Below are positions 1 to 7,630 of a stretch of 32,000 nt of DNA, in pieces. Made by a program: the position numbers and the translations under genes. The stretch is from Desulfallas sp. Bu1-1. GTDB lineage: Bacteria; Bacillota; Desulfotomaculia; Desulfotomaculales; Desulfallaceae. Numbering within the stretch: position 1 is the first letter of the stretch; each line of letters begins with the position of its first letter. Below the pieces are notes generated by a model. The model worked only from the letters and a program-made list of their open reading frames with translations, ran no database searches and was not told the DNA's origin. The stretch is taken from positions 260,563 to 292,562 of the forward strand of contig NZ_JADNRQ010000002.1 of assembly GCF_015594625.1 (NCBI RefSeq), in the 5' to 3' direction.

Positions 1-58
1 CGTAAGTTTCAGGCATACCATATTCATTGTTTGGCTGTAGCTTATAAACCATTATTTC
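1..58 (-). pseudogene. 3' fragment of a second Uma2-family (DUF820) endonuclease gene copy; runs off the left edge
   Basis: nt 1-58 match nt 5366-5423, inside the intact Uma2 CDS, at 57/58 positions. The minus-strand translation is [19 protein letters not shown] versus [19 protein letters not shown]. Similarity stops abruptly at nt 58/59. Confidence 0.75.
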
Positions 59-303
59 CGCCCTGAAGTGGGGCGCAAGAGTCCGGTCAACATCCTGATA
101 GTGGTGGTTTTTCCCGCCCCGTTGGGACCCAAAAAACCGAAAATTTCCCCGGGCGCCACTTCCAGATCCAAGCCGTCCACGGCGGTAAAGCGGCCAAACC
201 GTTTGGTCAACCTTTCAGTTTTAATCACACGCTCTGCACCATCCAGATCTGTAAAGATTAAGCATAGAAATGTTTTATTTATACGCTTAGCCAGAAGACT
301 CAC
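52..303 (-). pseudogene. N-terminal fragment of an ABC transporter ATP-binding protein, truncated after the Walker A region
   Basis: The translation contains ...[55 protein letters not shown], i.e. Walker A GPNGAGKT. It then stops where the Uma2-like repeat begins. The Q-loop, signature motif and Walker B are all absent. The real start is probably the GTG near nt 228. Confidence 0.75.
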
Positions 304-785
304 ACATTTATTAGCGGGGGGGTATTGACTGTTTGCAGTAATTTAACGTATTCCTTTCTGCTGCCCAAACCCTTTACCAGCCTCTGATCCGCAGTCCAGA
401 ATTCACACTTTTTTCCATTTTGCTTTGTTACTATTTCCGCTACAGCTAGATAAGCTGCATCGTATAAAGTTGGCAATTCCTCTGTTTCTGCTATCCGCCA
501 GGCTGCCCGCATTAATGAAACATCGTTTATAAAGGTTATAATTCCGAAGCTGTTGAAAGATTCCCAGGCAATTGCGGCTTGTTCCGGACTGATTAATTCT
601 CTTACAACTTTTTTTCTTAAAACGGTACCCACCTCGGCCCAGGCAAAATCGGGGAGAACCACCGTCATCCTTTCGTTAACAACCGTCTCCATTAACAACG
701 CTGCTTTATCGCTGTCCTCTTCGTTTACCAGCAGCTTTACCAGAACGCTGCTGTCAAGGCATATATAACTATTCACTTCGAGCAT
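300..785 (-). CDS. vapC: PIN-domain ribonuclease toxin, VapC family
   Basis: N-terminal [12 protein letters not shown], then the acidic residues typical of PIN (AEVG, YDAAYLA, TADQRL). The start overlaps the stop of the upstream antitoxin by 17 nt. Confidence 0.8.
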   Translation of the reverse strand: MLEVNSYICLDSSVLVKLLVNEEDSDKAALLMETVVNERMTVVLPDFAWAEVGTVLRKKVVRELISPEQAAIAWESFNSFGIITFINDVSLMRAAWRIAETEELPTLYDAAYLAVAEIVTKQNGKKCEFWTADQRLVKGLGSRKEYVKLLQTVNTPPLINV

Positions 786-1068
786 CCCCCTCCCGCAGTT
801 GTCTGATTAACGGGGTGGAATCGGGTTGGAGTTTCATTTCATTTCTCAATCTGGCAAGGCGTTGGAGAGTTTCTTTTGCCATTTCATTCTTTTCGTACTG
901 TTCCACCCTTCTGGCTTTTGCCTGCAATTCCTCAAAAGCCCCGGCCTCGACAATGTAGGCTACAGGTTTTGACCTCTGTAGTAAAACGATGGGTTCTCTT
1001 GTCTTAATGGCTTGAGCAATTATCTTGCTGACATTTTGTCGTATTTCTGTTACATTAAACATAATCAT
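769..1068 (-). CDS. Phd/YefM-family antitoxin
   Basis: N-terminal NVTEIRQNVSKIIAQAIKTREPIVLLQRSKPVAYIVEAGAFEEL matches the Phd/YefM fold signature. It overlaps the PIN toxin gene downstream. Confidence 0.8.
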   Translation of the reverse strand: MIMFNVTEIRQNVSKIIAQAIKTREPIVLLQRSKPVAYIVEAGAFEELQAKARRVEQYEKNEMAKETLQRLARLRNEMKLQPDSTPLIRQLREGDARSE

Positions 1069-1192
1069 TCAACTGCACCCCTGTCCATAGCATTACCTTT
1101 ATATTACCATGCAATATAACAAAAACACCCGTATTTCAACATGGTTTTTTCTTCGCTGTCCGGCCTATTGCCCCCTTGTATAAATTGCTAAT

Positions 1193-1585
1193 TCACCTTT
1201 TCGGGTAAACGGCGTCGGCAGCCAGGGTGCCGGAGATGACCACGGCCTCGATGCCGGCACCCGGAAAAACGCCGGCGCCGGCCAGGTAGAGCCGCTCCAC
1301 GGGGGTTTTGGCCGGCGGCCGCCACCGACCGGCAGCGGGGCCGTAGATGGCGCCGCCCGTCGTCCGGGCATAACGGGCGAACGTGGCCGGGCCGGCCTCC
1401 TCCCGGAAGACGACGTGCTCCCGCAGGCCGGGCAGCACCTTTTCAGCCAGGGCGATCAGCGCGTCGCCGAACTCTCTCTTGCGCCGTGCGTAGTCGGGCG
1501 CCCGGCGGCCCCAGGTTGTTGCCTCCATCCTGGGGACCAGAGTCAGCAGGGTGATGACGGCGTCCGAGCGGCGCCAGGCCGGGGT
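1193..1585 (-). pseudogene. C-terminal fragment of a phytoene-desaturase-like NAD(P)/FAD-dependent oxidoreductase
   Basis: The open frame gives ...AVITLLTLVPRMEATTWG...YLAGAGVFPGAGIEAVVISGTLAADAV, the C-terminal FAD-binding motif of the CrtI/amine-oxidase family. The N-terminal ~350 aa are missing. The segment is visibly much more GC-rich than its neighbours. Confidence 0.65.
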
Positions 1586-1653
1586 CTACCCGGGAAGGAG
1601 TGATTATACCAAGCTCCCTGCCGACCTCCAAAACCCCGTTCAGGCAACCACCC

Positions 1654-1692
1654 TTGACAGGAACTGATGTAAGGTTTATGTTGGATGTAAGG
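1654..1692 (+). promoter_or_regulatory. candidate sigma-A promoter with two direct GATGTAAGG repeats (possible antitoxin operator)
   Basis: TTGACA (1654-1659), 17 nt spacer, TATGTT (1677-1682). GATGTAAGG occurs at 1666-1674 and again at 1684-1692, flanking the -10. Confidence 0.45.
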
Positions 1693-1718
1693 AGATATTT
1701 AAATGTTAAGAACAAGGG

Positions 1719-1970
1719 TTGACGAGTAAGGGGCAGGTAACAATACCCGTAATCGTCCGCCGCAAGCTTAACTTGCAACCGGGAGACGAGCTCTTGTTTG
1801 ATCTCGGCCCGGAGGGGGAGGTTAAGGTCAGGGCCTTGAAACGCAAACGTTTAACCGAACTATACGCCTCTTTGCCTGCCAAAAGACCTTACCCCGGCAA
1901 GGCAGAAGTCCGGGAAGGGGTGGCCGCCGGACTGGCCCGGCAGATACTGGGTAAGGGGAAAGAAACGTGA
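1719..1970 (+). CDS. AbrB/MazE/SpoVT-type antitoxin (VapB-like)
   Basis: MTSKGQVTIPVIVRRKLNLQPGDELLF is the SpoVT-AbrB looped-hinge motif. It uses a TTG start. Its stop overlaps the GTG of a downstream PIN remnant (GTGA). Confidence 0.75.
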   Translation: MTSKGQVTIPVIVRRKLNLQPGDELLFDLGPEGEVKVRALKRKRLTELYASLPAKRPYPGKAEVREGVAAGLARQILGKGKET

Positions 1971-2056
1971 GGGTTTATTTGTGGATTGATGCCAACGTTG
2001 TCTTGCGCTTTCTCACCGGCGACCCACCGGAAATGGCCGCTAAAGCCTGGAGCTAA
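1967..2056 (+). pseudogene. truncated PIN-domain toxin (29 codons)
   Basis: VRVYLWIDANVVLRFLTGDPPEMAAKAWS then a stop. This is the N-terminal strand and first acidic residue of PIN only. A possible continuation (LMSRAVQHKTYILSIKEII...) lies in another frame. Confidence 0.6.
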
Positions 2057-2252
2057 TGAGCCGCGCGGTTCAACACAAGACGTATATTTTGTCAATCAAA
2101 GAAATCATCCGACCTTTCATTATTGAGGCAGTGCAGCGAAGGCTTCCTTAAATACAGGTGGTGACCGGGGAAACTGTTATCAGTTCCTTCACCTTGCTGG
2201 AATCACACTACGCTGAAAATTACTTCAGTTCGGTCCCCAAATGCTGGAGTTA

Positions 2253-2858
2253 TTACAGACGCTGGTTAACTGCTTCAACTAACGCCGCCGGGTTACTGGG
2301 CGAAAGGTAACATACCCGCTTAACAGTATCTATCCGAACTAACCCGGTACAGCGGGTAACGTAAGCATTCACCGGCCCAAGAAACGGGTCGGCTGGGCCA
2401 ATGAGCCCAAAATGCCACCAGAGCGGCACGTGATTTACCAATGTGACCCTCCTTATTTCGGAAAACGGGATAACGACCCTGCGGATGGGTCTTTTAATAA
2501 CAATTCCTTCCGGGCTTACAGAATACCGCCGGGGAGTGAAGAAAAAGTATATAATTCCGACCGCAGACCATATTCCGGTGTAAACCATTGCGATGAAAAA
2601 GATCAACCTTTTCAAATCGGCAAAACCTGTCCCGGGAGAAATAACCATCCCTGTCGCTCCTATCAGCATAACGATCAAAGCAATATAGGCGAAATACTTT
2701 AGCCAGCTTTTTACGTGCAACCTTATTTCGTCATCCCAGGGGGCCACCGAAAAGTTCACTTCGGGCTCTTGCCCGTTTTCCATTGTATTTCGCCCCCAGG
2801 AAAGGGATAGCGCTTTCTTCAATGTCGACCGGAACACCCGCAAAAAGGCATTCATCAT
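2253..2858 (-). CDS. membrane protein with a bacterial PH (bPH) domain
   Basis: Two hydrophobic helices (YFAYIALIVMLIGATGMVI, IFFIAMVYTGIWSAVGIIYFFF). These are followed by YSVSPEGIVIKRPIRRVVIPFSEIRRVTLV, typical of bPH domains. An ATGA overlap links it to the upstream paralog. Confidence 0.7.
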   Translation of the reverse strand: MMNAFLRVFRSTLKKALSLSWGRNTMENGQEPEVNFSVAPWDDEIRLHVKSWLKYFAYIALIVMLIGATGMVISPGTGFADLKRLIFFIAMVYTGIWSAVGIIYFFFTPRRYSVSPEGIVIKRPIRRVVIPFSEIRRVTLVNHVPLWWHFGLIGPADPFLGPVNAYVTRCTGLVRIDTVKRVCYLSPSNPAALVEAVNQRL

Positions 2859-3304
2859 CTACGCACCTCAACATCAGGTTGTTCCTCTAAAAGCACTCTA
2901 TTTGTAGTGCTAACAAAAACCTCTGGCTTCGCCGGGGAAAGAAGGTAAATTTCCCGCGAGGTCTTGACCCGCACCATCCGGTCCCAGCGGGCGGCGTAGA
3001 CTTTCGCCGTGCCCCCGTCAGCCAGGGCAAAGAGACCGGCGTAGCCGAAAAGCCCGGCCAAGCACGTCAACCCGGCCCCAGGTTTCACATCTTCGACTAT
3101 CTCAACACGCTTAATCTTATTTTTGGGTATGACGCATGACGTCACCGGGGCGCGGATGGTTATCCCCTCCGGCGACACCAGGTAGCCGCGCGGCGCAAAC
3201 AAAAACGACAGAACCGCCCAACACGCGCCGGTAAACAGGTACAAGGTCGTGGTCAACTTCCCCGTCCTGTCTAAAGGCGCGACCTTGAATTTTTTGCGCG
3301 TCAT
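2855..3304 (-). CDS. membrane protein with a bacterial PH (bPH) domain, paralog of the gene downstream
   Basis: A TM pair followed by YLVSPEGITIRAPVTSCVIPKNKIKRVEIVEDV. I prefer the ATG at 3304 (MTRKKFKV) because GGAGAGG lies 6 nt upstream. The open frame extends to 3340. Confidence 0.7.
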   Translation of the reverse strand: MTRKKFKVAPLDRTGKLTTTLYLFTGACWAVLSFLFAPRGYLVSPEGITIRAPVTSCVIPKNKIKRVEIVEDVKPGAGLTCLAGLFGYAGLFALADGGTAKVYAARWDRMVRVKTSREIYLLSPAKPEVFVSTTNRVLLEEQPDVEVRR

Positions 3305-3349
3305 AGTGAACCTCTCCGTTCCCCGCTGAAAAGCCGGCACAGATGATGT

Positions 3350-3663
3350 TTAGGCGGCAAACTGCCTGAATTCGTCCCGGCTCAGGTTCCTTAACCCGCC
3401 GGCCAGCTTCCACAGCCGCCCCATCAATTCCCCCGCGCTCACCCTCTGGTCCAGCGCAAATACGCTGGAAATCAGGTTGGCCGCCTGGTATAGTTCTTCT
3501 ACATCGTACCGGTTTACGTCAAACAGTATGTTCCGGAAATCCAAAACGTGCTTTTTCCTCACTGAATAAAGGTTTTGAGCAATTCCAGAAATGCACGCTT
3601 GCTGGAGAGAAACTCTCTGTATCCTTTGTCGTGGGAATGATGGGGCTGTATTTTGTCCGGCAC
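3350..3663 (-). pseudogene. remnant of an Rpn/YhgA-like (PDDEXK_2) recombination-promoting nuclease, frameshifted and internally deleted
   Basis: The 3663-3559 frame gives PDKIQPHHSHDKGYREFLSSKRAFLELLKTFIQ and a stop; HD-gY..lFs is the family N-terminal motif. It continues in another frame as RKKHVLDFRNILFDVNRYDVEELYQAANLISSVFALDQ.... The nuclease core between these parts is absent. Confidence 0.45.
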
Positions 3664-3686
3664 GGGTTCATTCCTCTTGTGGCTGT

Positions 3687-3695
3687 ATTATACCA
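3687..3695 (-). promoter_or_regulatory. extended -10 promoter element (TGgTATAAT)
   Basis: The minus strand reads gtgTGgTATAATacagcc just upstream of the Rpn remnant and the bPH gene pair. The -35 is weak. Confidence 0.35.
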
Positions 3696-3761
3696 CACCC
3701 GGCCGGGGATTGACATGAGGCGGAACTGAACCGGATACTGAATCGTGTACCGGAAGTGAGA

Positions 3762-3794
3762 AGAAAAAACCCCGCCGGTGCGGGACCGGGGGGC
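3762..3794 (-). terminator. rho-independent terminator after the GGDEF gene
   Basis: The minus strand reads CCCCCCGGTcccgcACCGGCGGGG followed by TTTTTTCTTC. It starts about 10 nt after the stop at 3804. Confidence 0.75.
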
Positions 3795-3803
3795 TCGATA
3801 AGT

Positions 3804-4568
3804 TTAATAAGTTAAGTGCCGGGCACCACTGCTGGACCTGCGGTCTTTTACGTAAACGCTACCCGGCAGGGACTTGGCGTAGCGTTTGAGCTGAGCCGCC
3901 TTTTCCGAAAATTTTTTCTGGTCGTACAGGCAATCGCGGCCAGTGCATTCAACAATGGTCATGGATATAGAAATTAAAGGGAAAAAAGTCTCCCCGCCGC
4001 TCCGGTCGCAGCCGCGTATTCCTCCCGCCGCACGGTCCTCCGAGTCGTAAAAGCGGCGGATCAGCCGGTCGAAATACCGGGCAATTTTTGCGCATAAAAT
4101 CTCTGCCTTTTCCGGAACGGTTATGATGATAAAGTCATCGCCCCCGATGTGGCCGATGAAATCATTTCTGGTGCCGGACTTTTTTACGACGCTGTTCAAG
4201 AGAGTGGCGGTAAACAAAATCACCCGGTCACCGTTTTCAAAGCCATACCTGTCGTTATAAGACTTGAAATGGTCCAGGTCCAGGTAGATCACCGCGCAGT
4301 CCTCATCTTCCCCGGCACGCCTGGACAGTTCCTGCTCGATGGCTATATTTCCCGGCAATCCGGTCAGCGGGTTGGCGCCCCTGGCTATCTCCAGCCGGAT
4401 TTTGGTCATGGTATCAAGTAAAGTCTGGACCGATACAACCCCCTTGAACATCTGATTTCTTGTAACAATGATATAATCGTAGAGCTTGAGCCTGTCCCGG
4501 TTCATGGCAACCTGGGAAACCATTTCAATGGGAGTGTTTTCCTCCACCACCAGGGGGGAAGTGTCCAT
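3804..4568 (-). CDS. CBS-like module plus GGDEF domain protein (motif GGDDF)
   Basis: PLVVEENTPIEMVSQVAMNRD...YDYIIVTRNQMFKGVVSVQTLL is CBS-like. It is followed by NPLTGLPGN, YLDLDHFKSYND and HIGGDDFIII. Confidence 0.8.
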   Translation of the reverse strand: MDTSPLVVEENTPIEMVSQVAMNRDRLKLYDYIIVTRNQMFKGVVSVQTLLDTMTKIRLEIARGANPLTGLPGNIAIEQELSRRAGEDEDCAVIYLDLDHFKSYNDRYGFENGDRVILFTATLLNSVVKKSGTRNDFIGHIGGDDFIIITVPEKAEILCAKIARYFDRLIRRFYDSEDRAAGGIRGCDRSGGETFFPLISISMTIVECTGRDCLYDQKKFSEKAAQLKRYAKSLPGSVYVKDRRSSSGARHLTY

Positions 4569-4576
4569 TATCGATG

Positions 4577-4996
4577 TTATCGGGCGCTGATGCCAATGCG
4601 GGAAGTGACGGCTATTTTCTGCAGTTCACCGTGCTCCGGCTTGCCTTCCATCGCCAGCAGGACGACAAAATCGTCACCCCAGAGATTCTCCACGGCAAGG
4701 ATTTCGATACCGGGGAAAATTTCGGGTATTTCTCTTTCCAGGCTTTTTTTAAACATGACCAGGATTTTCGAGGCAGCCTGAGAGCCGCTCACCTGCTCCA
4801 CCTCGTGGAATTTCACCAGGTCAAAATAAAGGAGCACCACCGGCCTTGACTTTTGGAGGTTTTCCAGAATCTTTCCGGCCAAGCCGGGGTCCTTCAGGCT
4901 GTGGTTCCGGAATATGGTCCTTCTTTTAAAGCCATGGAAAGAAAAGAACCTGAAGGCGACTTCCCAACCCTTGATTATCCCGGAGATCACGGTCAA
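4577..4996 (-). CDS. degenerate GGDEF-like domain protein, possibly the 5' part of a split gene
   Basis: VVLLYFDLVKFHEVEQVSGSQAASKILVMFKKSLE...NLWGDDFVVLL resembles an inactive GGDEF_2-type domain. It has a TTG or GTG start. It ends 8 nt before the next GGDEF ORF, in a different frame. Confidence 0.55.
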   Translation of the reverse strand: MTVISGIIKGWEVAFRFFSFHGFKRRTIFRNHSLKDPGLAGKILENLQKSRPVVLLYFDLVKFHEVEQVSGSQAASKILVMFKKSLEREIPEIFPGIEILAVENLWGDDFVVLLAMEGKPEHGELQKIAVTSRIGISAR

Positions 4997-5297
4997 TCAC
5001 CCGAACTTTTTAATACAAATATATAACAGCAAGTTTAAGGCATTATTACTTTTCCAAAAAAAAGATGCAAATTTCCGGTTAAATTTTCTTTAATCCCCCG
5101 GCCTGCCGGCCATTCGCAACCCCTTTACCGCCATCCCTGCTATCCTGATAAACCTGCTTTCCCGTTGATATCGAAAAAGTGGTGCCAGCGGTTAAGCCGA
5201 TCCGATAAAATTTTGGAAATTAATACCTATTATACCTTTTCAGCCTTGACGGTTGTCCACCTTGCTCGGCCGCACTGTCCGGCCCCCTAGTTTCCCA

Positions 5298-5912
5298 TTA
5301 ATCAAATATATCCCGCAACCTTATAATTAAATCCTCGAAGATCGCCGGCGTAATTTCATTACCTGCGTAAGTTTCAGGCATACCATATTCATTGTTTGAC
5401 TGTAGCTTATAAACCATTATTTCTTTACGAAGATAGTTGGCAATCCAATATTCTTTAACTTGATGCTTTTCGTACAGGTGAAGTTTTTTCACATAGTCCA
5501 TGGATGGTGACGAAGGTGATACTATTTCTATGATCCAATCCGGTGAACCGATACAGTACTTGTCAGTTAGCTTGGACTGATCACATACAACCAATATATC
5601 GGGTTGAACAACCGTTTTAATATCTTTAGCTTCTTCGTTTCTTTCCGGAAGCAGCACATCGTAAGGTGAACCAAATACTTCACAATGTTTGCCTTCCAAG
5701 TAATTTGCAATGCGGACAAGCAATTTACGAGAAACTCTCTGGTGTTGTGTTGAAGGCGATGGTGACATGGCAAGCGTTCCTTCGATAATTTCGTATCTTA
5801 TATCAGCAGGAAGGCTTAAGTAATCTTGATAGCTATATTGTTTTAGTTTGTCTTCAGCTGTGCGTGTCACTTTATAGATGACCCCCTTTTCCAGGTGCCA
5901 GGCACCTGGCAT
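5298..5912 (-). CDS. Uma2-family (DUF820) putative restriction-type endonuclease
   Basis: YEIIEGTLAMSPSPSTQHQRVSRKLL...QPDILVV...SPDWIIEIVSPSS...KLHLYEKHQVKEYWI carries the PD-(D/E)xK-like Uma2 motifs. The start is uncertain: either the ATG at 5912, which lies in a hairpin loop, or the GTG near 5869. Confidence 0.8.
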   Translation of the reverse strand: MPGAWHLEKGVIYKVTRTAEDKLKQYSYQDYLSLPADIRYEIIEGTLAMSPSPSTQHQRVSRKLLVRIANYLEGKHCEVFGSPYDVLLPERNEEAKDIKTVVQPDILVVCDQSKLTDKYCIGSPDWIIEIVSPSSPSMDYVKKLHLYEKHQVKEYWIANYLRKEIMVYKLQSNNEYGMPETYAGNEITPAIFEDLIIRLRDIFD

Positions 5913-5933
5913 CTATTCCCAGGTGCCTGGCAC
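5895..5933. repeat. perfect 14-bp inverted repeat, each arm itself near-palindromic
   Basis: GTGCCAGGCACCTG (5895-5908) and CAGGTGCCTGGCAC (5920-5933) are exact reverse complements, separated by 11 nt. The element sits directly after the stop of the 5935-7119 gene. Confidence 0.85.
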
Positions 5934-5934
5934 G

Positions 5935-7119
5935 TTAAAATACCGGGTAAAGCTCTTTCCACAATACTGTTTTTGTTTTGACGGGTACAGCACCCGCCAT
6001 TGGCATCAGATCTTCTTCATAACACATAGCAAAATCACCTGTACTCTGTTCCCCTTCATCCAGAATTATGCCCCTGGTACAAACGGCCCCGTGCAGCGCG
6101 GCGCCGCCCCGGGCACGCAATTGGCCGTCTGCCAGGATGTTTGCATATACTGTATGATTGTTGATGTTAACATCACCCAGGGCGACGAGAGTCAGGCTTC
6201 CCGCACCAACATCGACATGCTCGCCAACATAGTACTTGGGTTCCAGATCGCCCACCACATTAATGTCCCCGGTGCAAAAAAACAGAGCCGTCCCGCAGTA
6301 ATCCCCCGAGACGGTAATATCACCGTCCACATAATAAAAGCCGTTGTAACCGGCTGCTGCCCTGGCAACTTCGATCACTTCACCGCCGGGCGGATGGGAC
6401 GTCTCAAAAGTCTTATCTGTAAGAAAAACATGCCCGTCCTCCAGGGCCTTTTGCAGGTAATATGCCGTATCCAGTTCCGGAAAAGGGGGTATATAGTTAT
6501 AATTGCTTCGTTTTTGACCATCATGCCTGCCGGTTATTTCTCCGCTGGCGTAAATACTGCCATTAACCTTCAACGTGCCCCCAAGGTTAACATCGCCATC
6601 CATAAAAAGGTTCGCATCAACATTCATTTTCCCAGGAGGATTAAAAATCCTCGGCTTTTCGGGTAAAATGACGAATCCTTTAAAATAATCTTCCGCATTG
6701 TACACGGCAACGACGGATTCCAGTGTCTTTTTAGCCAGCAAATCACCATTGTCACCCGTACATTTTCCAACCGAGTTGATGACCAGGGACGTGCCGATAT
6801 CCTGCCGCTGTTTTAATGCCATAACCTCATAAGTGATATTATCTTTTAGTTCTGTTTCCGGAAAAACCGTAATATTTTTACCCGCCTCAGGTAAATTGTT
6901 GTACCAGCTTATATTTTTTTTAATCCTAGCAATGGTTGTTTCGATACCGGCTTCCGCCGCGTAAAGCGCTTGAACAAACTTTTCTTCGCGCACGATGTTA
7001 TTATGTTTGTGATAAGCAGTTGTACCCAGGGCAACGATAAGCGTAAAAAGCACAGCAGTGACCATAATTACTAAAATTACAGTCTGTCCATCTTTTTTAA
7101 TATAAAAAGACCTTTTCAC
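5935..7119 (-). CDS. PilX-N-like large minor pilin / pilus-associated protein with a beta-helix-like repeat C-terminus
   Basis: N-terminal hydrophobic anchor TVILVIMVTAVLFTLIVALG, then QALYAAEAGIETTIARI (PilX_N-type helix). The C-terminal half has repeated GD(I/V)N/T..G motifs: GDVNLGG, GDITVSGD, GDINVVGD, GDVNINN. Confidence 0.65.
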   Translation of the reverse strand: MKRSFYIKKDGQTVILVIMVTAVLFTLIVALGTTAYHKHNNIVREEKFVQALYAAEAGIETTIARIKKNISWYNNLPEAGKNITVFPETELKDNITYEVMALKQRQDIGTSLVINSVGKCTGDNGDLLAKKTLESVVAVYNAEDYFKGFVILPEKPRIFNPPGKMNVDANLFMDGDVNLGGTLKVNGSIYASGEITGRHDGQKRSNYNYIPPFPELDTAYYLQKALEDGHVFLTDKTFETSHPPGGEVIEVARAAAGYNGFYYVDGDITVSGDYCGTALFFCTGDINVVGDLEPKYYVGEHVDVGAGSLTLVALGDVNINNHTVYANILADGQLRARGGAALHGAVCTRGIILDEGEQSTGDFAMCYEEDLMPMAGAVPVKTKTVLWKELYPVF

Positions 7120-7134
7120 AGACCGCCCCCCGGT

Positions 7135-7626
7135 TTAATTCCTTATCCTGACAGTAGTGCTTACCTCTATTTCCCCGCTACCGTCCTTTTCCCCGACCAG
7201 AGTCAGGGTAACCAACCCGGTGCTTGTACCAGCACCGGCAAGTTCAACCTGAAGCTTTTTGACATACCTGGCTACCGGATTATGGCCATGTCCCCCGATT
7301 GATCGAGTTAACTGTTTAGCCGTCTCGACATCACCGCTGGTACTGATCCGGTAGGTGATTATATCTCCCCGGGTGTTCTTAAATGACAGCCTGCCGCCCC
7401 CGTCCTGCTGATAAGAAACAACAACATCAGCATGGCGAAGTTCCCGGGAAAGCCGGTTTATCCCCAAGCGCAGGTTTTCCTCAACTTCCGCCCGGTCCCT
7501 GTTTTGATGATAGATATGAACACCAAATATAAAAAAATTCTTAACAATGGTTATCACCAGTAAAATTAATAACAGGGATACCACCATTTCCACCAGGGTA
7601 AACCCGCCCCGGTCTTGCAGCATCAA
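7135..7626 (-). CDS. prepilin-type minor pilin (PilW/GspJ-like position)
   Basis: MMLQDRGG/FTLVEMVVSLLLILLVITIV is a class III signal peptide with Glu at +5. Confidence 0.8.
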   Translation of the reverse strand: MMLQDRGGFTLVEMVVSLLLILLVITIVKNFFIFGVHIYHQNRDRAEVEENLRLGINRLSRELRHADVVVSYQQDGGGRLSFKNTRGDIITYRISTSGDVETAKQLTRSIGGHGHNPVARYVKKLQVELAGAGTSTGLVTLTLVGEKDGSGEIEVSTTVRIRN

Positions 7627-7630
7627 TCCA

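Noticed and set aside
5878-6666. 262-aa ORF on the plus strand
   Set aside because: It lies entirely antisense to the PilX-like CDS and has no recognisable motifs. It starts inside the palindromic element. I treat it as a shadow ORF.
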